Assembly (NCBI RefSeq): GCF_003231495.1
Contig: NZ_PQWO01000015.1
Span: 101,861-133,860, forward strand
Length of the DNA stretch: 32,000 bases
DNA from: Acaryochloris thomasi RCC1774
GTDB taxonomy: Bacteria > Cyanobacteriota > Cyanobacteriia > Thermosynechococcales > Thermosynechococcaceae
Reading direction: 5' to 3'
Positions within the stretch are counted from its first letter, which is position 1, and every line of letters starts with the position of its first letter. Positions 26,149 to 32,000 of the stretch are shown here, one piece after another. Below the pieces are notes generated by a model. The model was not told the DNA's origin. It ran no database searches and saw only the letters and a program-made list of their open reading frames with translations. The position numbers and the translations under genes are program-made.

Positions 26149-28434
26149 TTAAACTCGAAAAATCTCAAACTCGTCTTCTGGCCGCCCCACCCCTAAGGAT
26201 CGCTCCCCTTCAAAGGCATCAGCCGCACCGCTGGCAAAGTTAGCCACCGTGCCCAAAATAGGTAGACGAGAGCTACTAAGAGACTTAAGGGCCTTGAGTA
26301 CCAGTGAGTGCTGCGTTCGACCAATCCCCACAACCAGCAATAGGCCGTCAGCCTGCCAGCTCAGATACTGAGCATCCGTGTAATCCAAAAGGTGAGCCGT
26401 ATCATAGACAACCAGATCAAACATATTCTGGAACTGGCCCATTAAATACTGCATTTGAGCTGAAGCCAGTAGCTGACTGGCCCCAGCCAGGGACTGACCT
26501 GAAGACAGAATAAACAAGTTAGCGTGATGGGGCGATCGCTGGATGTACTGGGTCGGGTCGAGCTTCTTGTGCAGGATTTCACTCAACCCCTCAAAATTCG
26601 GTACCCCTAAATAGCTATGGAGCTGAGGCATGGCCATATTAGCATCCACTAGCAGCACCCGCTGCCCCGTGCTGGCGGCGACCTGCGAAAGATGCATAGC
26701 AGCCGTCGTTTTGCCATCGCGTGACGTGACGGAGCTCACCACTAACGACTGAATCGGCATCTCAGAGTTTAAGAACTTCAGCTTCGCATACAGAGCTTCG
26801 GCTGCGCGTCTGAGCATCTGTTGAGACTGTTTAGGGCTATGCAGATCGCCAATCTCATGGGTCTCTAGAACTGAGGCTGTCTCACTAAAGGGCAAAGCCC
26901 CTAATAAAGGTAGTTGAGTCTCATCTCTTAAATCTGCAGTGCTGTGAAAGACATTCTGTCGCTTCTCTCGGAGCAGCGACAGCCCTATCCCCAGCAACAG
27001 ACCGCCTAAGACGCCCAGCGCTAACTTGGCGGGTCGGCTTTGCCCTAGCGAGACAGGATCACCGTTCTGATCGCGACGAATCCCTGGGCTAACGGCAAGC
27101 TGCCAGGGAATCTGCTGCTGAGCATCTTCGACCTTGAGATTTTCTTGGTTTTCGAGCAGCTGATTGAGTGATTTGGTTGCACCCCCCAACTCACGCTGGA
27201 TCTCGTTATACCGACGCTGAATGGCAGGAAACTGCTGCAGCTTTCTGTCCACGGCCTCAGAGGCCTGCTGAGCAGCTTGACTCTGGACTTCTAGCACCTG
27301 GATATCATTTAGGGTTTCGACGAGTTGCTGGCTGAGACCTCGCTGTAGTGAGCCTTGAAAATTGGGTACGTTGCTGGCGCTGCCGTTCCCAGCCAAATTT
27401 TGGCTCGCTAGGTTGCGTGTCTCTTGACTTAGAAGGGTCTTTAGGTTGGCTTGCTTGGCCCTGAGGTCCTGCATTAGGGGGTTGTCATCGGTCAACGTGG
27501 CAGCCTGGGCTGCAATTTCAGTTTCAACCTGCTTCAGCTCCCCGATCAGTTGCTGATATCGAGGGTTCTCCGTGAGTGAAGAGGCCGCAATTGCTTCGCT
27601 AGGGGCTAGCCCTAGTTGTCCTTGTAGGTTGGCATACAGCGATTTTTGGGCCTGCAGCCTCCGCCGTACATCGAGCCGTTGAGACTCTAAGTCTCTTGCC
27701 TGCTGGGCTAACCCAGCACCCTCCGTATCAGGATTGGTGATTCGGTACTTTTGCTGTAGTTCCTGTAGCTGCTTTTCAAGGTTGGCAACGTTCTGACGGG
27801 CTTCAGGTAACTTTTTAGAGATGAAGGAAATCCCTTCGCCCAGATAGGTTTGTCGCTCCTCCTTACTATATTGAATATAGCCACTCGCCAGCTGCTCAAG
27901 GACAAAGTTTATCTGCTGAAGATCTGGATCTTGATAGGTGACGCCAATCAGTTTCGTTTTACCTGAGGAATCTTCAACCCGCTTAACGTTGAGGGTACCC
28001 GTAAGGCGGTTATGGTCAAGGTCGGCATAACGGGCCTGAATTTTGCCAATAATTTTGTTCAAGACGGTGGGGCTTTTGAGCAATCGAATCAGAGTAGCGT
28101 AGTCGGTCTCTGCTGATCCTGGCTGACTTTGCGGTGAAGAGGCAGCGGAATTCGTCAGCCGTCCTTCTGCGCTTAATGGCTCCACCAAAAGCTGAAACTC
28201 TCCCTCATACTGACGAGGCTGGCGCCAAACCAAGTAAAAGACTAAGCCAGAAATGCCCAAGGTTGTCGCTAAAATCAAGAGGAGGTTCCGGCGCAGAAAA
28301 CGCGAGACGGCCCCCACTCGCAGACCTTTTTTCGATGCCCCTTTGAAAGGAGCCATATGCTTGAAGGCTAGATCTTCTGATTGCTCATAAGCTGTAAGAA
28401 GGGACACGGTTGTCTCGTCGGGGTCAGTTCTCAT
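26149..28434 (-). CDS. GumC/Wzz-Wzc-like polysaccharide co-polymerase with C-terminal P-loop (BY-kinase-like) domain
   Basis: TM1 LLLILATTLGISGLVFYLVW, a ~400-aa coiled-coil-rich periplasmic region, TM2 LALGVLGGLLLGIGLSLL, then SSVTSRDGKTT (Walker A) and DLVVYDTA (Walker B). Confidence 0.85.
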   Translation of the reverse strand: MRTDPDETTVSLLTAYEQSEDLAFKHMAPFKGASKKGLRVGAVSRFLRRNLLLILATTLGISGLVFYLVWRQPRQYEGEFQLLVEPLSAEGRLTNSAASSPQSQPGSAETDYATLIRLLKSPTVLNKIIGKIQARYADLDHNRLTGTLNVKRVEDSSGKTKLIGVTYQDPDLQQINFVLEQLASGYIQYSKEERQTYLGEGISFISKKLPEARQNVANLEKQLQELQQKYRITNPDTEGAGLAQQARDLESQRLDVRRRLQAQKSLYANLQGQLGLAPSEAIAASSLTENPRYQQLIGELKQVETEIAAQAATLTDDNPLMQDLRAKQANLKTLLSQETRNLASQNLAGNGSASNVPNFQGSLQRGLSQQLVETLNDIQVLEVQSQAAQQASEAVDRKLQQFPAIQRRYNEIQRELGGATKSLNQLLENQENLKVEDAQQQIPWQLAVSPGIRRDQNGDPVSLGQSRPAKLALGVLGGLLLGIGLSLLREKRQNVFHSTADLRDETQLPLLGALPFSETASVLETHEIGDLHSPKQSQQMLRRAAEALYAKLKFLNSEMPIQSLVVSSVTSRDGKTTAAMHLSQVAASTGQRVLLVDANMAMPQLHSYLGVPNFEGLSEILHKKLDPTQYIQRSPHHANLFILSSGQSLAGASQLLASAQMQYLMGQFQNMFDLVVYDTAHLLDYTDAQYLSWQADGLLLVVGIGRTQHSLVLKALKSLSSSRLPILGTVANFASGAADAFEGERSLGVGRPEDEFEIFRV

Positions 28435-28751
28435 GGAGACCTCTCAATTTACAGTCCTTCTTGAATCAGCGATTTCCATGCTCCACATGTACCAGAAGCA
28501 TCTTCCCTAGACCCCCTCATTCTAGGAAAAGTTTGCTCACTCTATCTTTCTCAAGTTCAGGAACTGATTGCATAGATAGCATGATTTACGACGAGAGGTC
28601 TATGGAATCGGTTTCCAAGTCTCTTGTCTTGTGGGGGGTGAGGTGATGCAAAGTGATATTTGACTGCCAGATCTGCGGTCCCATCAATCATGACACGGAC
28701 ATCTCTCACTCGCCATCTGCTGTTTGGAACAGTCACCAACACTTCCGGCGA

Positions 28752-29276
28752 TTAGAGGGAGTCACTACAGTCAACAAGGTGGGGCTGAGTGGGTCGGATT
28801 GTTTCTCGCTCAAGGTCAACGGCCCAAGCCTGCAGAACCTGATTGGTCTGATCTTTCATCACGGCAAAAACCGGCTGCTTGCGCTTTCGAGTATGTCTAC
28901 AGGTCGCACTGATGCTCTGCTGATCATTATTGAGGCGCGCTAAGGTCCGAATCTGAACAACTTTCCAGATGGCTTTTTTCTCAGGGGTATAACCCACTAA
29001 ACGCTGCAGCAAAAGGTAGGAGGCTTCGTTGCGATCGCAAATCACTCCCCCATACTCAACAGCCTGAGTTTTACCCAAGAGCGCATCACTGTAGCCCGGA
29101 CAGAGTCCCGTTGGCAGCTCAACATATTCTTGCCCCTCCAGCTGCAGAACATCCTGAGCAACCCTAGAAACCCTGCAGCCTAAAGCTGCCTGCCCTAAGA
29201 CAAAGGAGCCGAGACAAACAGAAGCTGCAACAGAAGGAATCCACAACAGAGGCCGCCTAGGAAACACGGTCATCAT
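28752..29276 (-). CDS. hypothetical secreted protein (174 aa, 6 Cys)
   Basis: ATG-ATG start and an N-terminal hydrophobic signal-like segment (LLWIPSVAASVCLGSFVLGQAALG). Located upstream of and co-directional with the Wzc-like gene. No family recognised. Confidence 0.55.
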   Translation of the reverse strand: MMTVFPRRPLLWIPSVAASVCLGSFVLGQAALGCRVSRVAQDVLQLEGQEYVELPTGLCPGYSDALLGKTQAVEYGGVICDRNEASYLLLQRLVGYTPEKKAIWKVVQIRTLARLNNDQQSISATCRHTRKRKQPVFAVMKDQTNQVLQAWAVDLERETIRPTQPHLVDCSDSL

Positions 29277-29461
29277 CCTGCTTGCCCCTCTGATAATGAC
29301 AGGCTCAGATCATCATTGATTTTGAACTGAAACAATACGCTTACAGGCTCCTGCACTCGACACCATTTTTGCCACAGTTGACCAAAGCCCAATGCAGCCC
29401 TACGGATTCTAGCAAAAACCCTCAACTTCCAGGAACCCAAATACTACGTATTATTACGCAG

Positions 29462-29522
29462 GCATAAATAGCTACATCAATACTGGCATAAATAAAAACA
29501 ATTATCTGCATAGATAAAAACA
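29462..29522. repeat. three spaced direct repeats GCATA(A/G)ATA(AAAACA) in an A/T-rich divergent control region
   Basis: GCATAAATA at 29462-29470, GCATAAATAAAAACA at 29486-29500, and GCATAGATAAAAACA at 29508-29522. Periods are 24 and 22 bp. Confidence 0.5.
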
Positions 29523-29931
29523 TCTTTTAATCTATTTTGTTTTACATAGAATGGATAAATTTATAATTTTTCTGCGGACAGGAAAGAAAAAACTTTCTGC
29601 CCTGCAACCCTTACTGAAAGAAGGATAGAGAAATCCATTCTTGGCGAAAAATTATCTAGGGCACGAAAAAATGTCTTTTCTCAGTATTGTTAACTACAGC
29701 AGAAAGAGCTTCTAAATCCGGAGATCGTTTTATATTACTCTGCGGGTATAATAGGAGTATGAGGCACGAACCAATTAGACTCAATCGCGATTCTAAAGAT
29801 GCCTAAACATAATTTTTGACATCGCTTCCCCAGCTCAAAGATGACGTCGGATTGCCGAATACCGCTGTGTTCTCTTACTGAGAGGACCTGCGGAACACCC
29901 TGCACTATTTTTAGCAACCTAGGAGACTCTT

Positions 29932-30924
29932 GTGTTGACCAAGTCCTCCCGAACTCGGGAAAAACTTCGTATCGGGGAAGTGCTGATGCAGCAGGGCCTG
30001 ATCAATCAGGCTCAACTGACTGCAGCTCTAGCTGAGCAAAAGCATAGCGGCACTCAGCTAGGAGAAATCTTGGTCAGTCACGGTTGGGTTAATCGAACAC
30101 AGCTTCGACAGGCACTCAATGAGCAGCGTTGGAGAAACCTAATTGCAACAGTACTGCTCTCCACAACAACTTTGCTTCCTAGCGCAACTCAGCTGGTTAC
30201 AAACACTCCTGTGGTCGCTCATAGCAGTCCGATTGAACAGGACGACATCTTGCAATTTCGGAATGATAGACCGGAGCGACTGCCTAAAAAGATGAATCCA
30301 GTCGCGGCAAACTATGAGCATGACACAAGCTATATGAGCCTCATAGATACAGGAGGCGCTGAAACTGCATCAGCCAGTCAGGCAAAGCCTGCTACCGAAA
30401 GTGTCCTTGCACAGCAACCGCTCCAAGACAATCCAACCGTTTCATCTCCCCTTCAGGGCTTCTGCCATCCTTTAAACGGTCAAGGCTGGCTGAGTCAGGG
30501 AATTCGCGGCCGGACCCATCAAGGCCGCATGGAGTATGCCTACGATTTAGCAGCTGACATTGGCACACCTGTTTATGCAATGCGTCCAGGTCGAGTGATT
30601 GCAGTTCAGGACAAGTACCCTGATACCGGGGGGGGCAAAGAGAATATTGCGAAGTTCAATTACGTTTGGGTTGAGCATGACGGTGGGTATCGATCTGCCT
30701 ATATTCATCTACAGCAAGGATTTGTTGGCAGCATCGGCATCAAAGCCGGAGACTGGGTCGAAGCCGGTCAACTGATCGGCTACAGCGGCAACTCAGGATG
30801 GAGCACCGGCCCCCATCTACACCTAGAAGTGCAAAGGCCAGGAAGAAATACGCGCCAGTTTACCAAGACGGCTCCCTTTGCTATTGCTGGCACCTGTGAC
30901 AACGGTCAACTAGCTCGCAAATAG
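29932..30924 (+). CDS. membrane-anchored M23 family metallopeptidase with N-terminal tandem MshEN (T2SSE_N)-type motifs
   Basis: GTG start with AGGAG 6 nt upstream. aa 13-36 and 42-65 fit the MshEN 24-mer motif. Hydrophobic segment at aa ~70-90. M23 motifs THQGRMEYAYDLAADIGTPVYA and GNSGWSTGPHLHLEV. Confidence 0.85.
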   Translation: MLTKSSRTREKLRIGEVLMQQGLINQAQLTAALAEQKHSGTQLGEILVSHGWVNRTQLRQALNEQRWRNLIATVLLSTTTLLPSATQLVTNTPVVAHSSPIEQDDILQFRNDRPERLPKKMNPVAANYEHDTSYMSLIDTGGAETASASQAKPATESVLAQQPLQDNPTVSSPLQGFCHPLNGQGWLSQGIRGRTHQGRMEYAYDLAADIGTPVYAMRPGRVIAVQDKYPDTGGGKENIAKFNYVWVEHDGGYRSAYIHLQQGFVGSIGIKAGDWVEAGQLIGYSGNSGWSTGPHLHLEVQRPGRNTRQFTKTAPFAIAGTCDNGQLARK

Positions 30925-31090
30925 AACGGCCAGAACACCTCACACATATAGGCTACGAGAAAGTTCCTGCACCTCTGCAGCCAGAATTCTTACAGAAGTA
31001 GGCTCTATTTCTGAGATCGTAGAGAGATCGCATTTTTTGAGAGTTTCTCGTCGTCCACCTACTTCCTTAACTACATGACCTGAAATTAAA

Positions 31091-31810
31091 ATGCCAGAAC
31101 CGACCAGTGCCTCTAGCCCCCACCTTGATTCCCGCACCCAGTGGGTTTCAATTTTTTCCTTGCGATTGGCAGGCTACGTCTTGCTGGCACTCTCAGCTTT
31201 TGACGTGGCAACGATTATGTTCCCGCCAGATTTCTTCAACCCGCAATGGGAATTTTATACGCTGGGAAAACTGGTGGATAAGGTTCCGGTTCCTTTGATC
31301 GGTCTCGCTTTAGTTTTCTACGGTGGGTTGCGCTATCGTCGGCCTCTTGAAAAGCTCTGCCTGCGTCCCTTAGCTTTAATCGCCGTTATCGTCGGAGTTG
31401 GCTATTTACTCCTAATTCCACTCGGCATCTCTAACAGCATTCGCCTGCAGCATTTGAACCGGGCCCAACAATCTCTACAGCAGAATGAGCAAAAATCCCG
31501 CTATCGGCAACTAGAACAGCAGATTCAGAATGCTTCCCCCGATCGGGTGCTCCCCTTAGCCCGCCGCTGGAGATTGGTATCGGCAGAAGCAGATCAGGAT
31601 GCGCCTGAGGACGTGAAGGCAAAGGCGCTCTCTCAGCTACAAAAGAACCAAACATTACAGCAGCAACAGAGTCTTGCCGCGGATAAAACGAAGCAACAGC
31701 AGCATCTCAAAAATTCGATAAAGTGGATTGTGGGCGCACTGCTGGCGGGTTCCTGTCTCATTTACTTGGGCATCGGCGCAAACAAGGCCTTTTTACTAGG
31801 ACTCCAGTAG
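31091..31810 (+). CDS. membrane protein with Gln-rich coiled-coil insert (possibly HpsJ family)
   Basis: Three N-terminal and one C-terminal hydrophobic helices flank a Q-rich segment (QQSLQQNEQKSRYRQLEQQIQ ... QKNQTLQQQQSLAADKTKQQQH). The PxFFNPQWEF...VPVPLIGLALVFYGG block recalls cyanobacterial HpsJ annotations. The family call is from memory only. Confidence 0.6.
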   Translation: MPEPTSASSPHLDSRTQWVSIFSLRLAGYVLLALSAFDVATIMFPPDFFNPQWEFYTLGKLVDKVPVPLIGLALVFYGGLRYRRPLEKLCLRPLALIAVIVGVGYLLLIPLGISNSIRLQHLNRAQQSLQQNEQKSRYRQLEQQIQNASPDRVLPLARRWRLVSAEADQDAPEDVKAKALSQLQKNQTLQQQQSLAADKTKQQQHLKNSIKWIVGALLAGSCLIYLGIGANKAFLLGLQ

Positions 31811-31947
31811 ATTCTTCGCTCTTGATCGGTATCCAAATGCTTGAGATCGACTGCTATGGCAATAGTTGGCTAGGTTAGGACCTACATTCCGCAGGTAGTG
31901 TAAATTTCGGATAATGAAGCAGTGCAAGCTTCATAGAGTTTTTCCAG

Positions 31948-32000
31948 ATGTCAGAACTTCAGGTCGAAACGTTGGACCATCTAGGCTTAGTAGCCGGTGT
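31948..32000 (+). mobile_element. 5' end of a transposase gene (DUF4277-type N-terminus, IS1634/IS4-like), truncated by the window edge
   Basis: My own translation MSELQVETLDHLGLVAGV. The LDHLGLVAG motif is typical of DUF4277 N-termini of IS1634/IS4-type transposases. Only 17 codons are visible. Confidence 0.5.

Noticed and set aside
26704-26736. Initial impression that the Walker A of the Wzc-like protein (SSVTSRDGKTT) is degenerate because the first Gly of GxxxxGK[ST] is missing.
   Set aside because: BY-kinase P-loops, such as the E. coli Wzc type, also deviate at that position. The GK[ST] core is intact. Only the Walker A' divergence and the missing Tyr cluster are reported.
28435-28943. 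Track ORFs 28410-28646, 28557-28742, 28653-28943 and 28724-28912 in or near the gap upstream of the Wzc-like gene.
   Set aside because: They are mutually overlapping, have no motifs, and partly overlap the better-supported 174-aa secreted-protein gene. They were treated as noise in a 5' leader region.
30940-31137. 65-aa minus-strand ORF, and the direct repeat GAGATCG-TAGA-GAGATCG followed by a T6 run (about 31012-31042), considered as a terminator of the M23 gene.
   Set aside because: The ORF overlaps the start of the next gene and has no motifs. The repeat is direct rather than inverted, so it cannot form a terminator stem.
602-31655. Many other track ORFs lie inside or antisense to the called genes. 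Examples: 602-835, 944-1174, 1577-1762, 3259-3690, 4256-4556, 5157-5622, 7428-8423, 8521-8739, 9807-9998, 10358-11291, 11993-12253, 13087-13497, 13727-14429, 14716-15035, 15279-15569, 17226-17738, 17931-19280, 20169-20700, 22493-23266, 24116-24298, 26304-26513, 27708-28346, 30139-30580, 31107-31655.
   Set aside because: These are shadow ORFs of strongly supported genes. Their compositions are low-complexity Arg/Ser/Pro/Cys-rich, and none carries a motif.
1-32000. A search by eye for tRNA/rRNA genes, CRISPR arrays, known defence-system gene signatures, cobalamin riboswitch features upstream of cobS, and NtcA (GTA-N8-TAC) boxes in intergenic regions.
   Set aside because: No T-loop/anticodon-arm pattern, regularly spaced repeat array or nuclease/ATPase defence pairing was seen. 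cobS follows crhR by 17 nt, which leaves no room for a riboswitch. No convincing NtcA box was found. Visual absence is not proof, so covariance-model scans (tRNAscan-SE, Rfam/Infernal) would be decisive.

Overview
The window reads as a cyanobacterial chromosomal segment. It has 15 perfect copies of the HIP1 palindrome GCGATCGC, and the gene content is typical: CrhR-type DEAD-box helicase, RRM Rbp protein, DUF1830, DUF4079-like and PlmA-like GntR genes. I cannot assign a genus. I can support about 30 protein-coding genes, one multiply disrupted pseudogene, and the first 53 nt of a transposase gene at the right edge. I saw no rRNA, tRNA or CRISPR array. Most genes are housekeeping: PEBP lipoprotein, GNAT, TPR protein, UbiD, Rieske oxygenase, M20 amidohydrolase, SDR, acylphosphatase, dienelactone hydrolase, and a co-directional rimO-crhR-cobS-rne string. 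Two neighbourhoods stand out. (1) 26.1-31.8 kb is a cell-envelope/exopolysaccharide cluster. Its most unusual member is a membrane-anchored M23 peptidase whose N-terminus carries two near-perfect tandem 24-residue MshEN-type c-di-GMP-binding motifs. It sits beside a Wzc-like co-polymerase with no C-terminal tyrosine cluster, a Cys-containing secreted protein, a Gln-rich (possibly HpsJ-like) membrane protein, and a 655-bp A/T-rich control region with direct repeats. (2) 4.1-8.4 kb holds a circularly permuted type-2 ATP-grasp without its usual alpha-E/transglutaminase partners. It is followed by a 579-bp gap containing a perfect 12-bp hairpin, a second classical ATP-grasp, and an isoaspartyl peptidase. 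This could be an uncharacterised peptide ligation/recycling module. All family calls come from motif recognition by eye, no searches were run, and several start codons are ambiguous.
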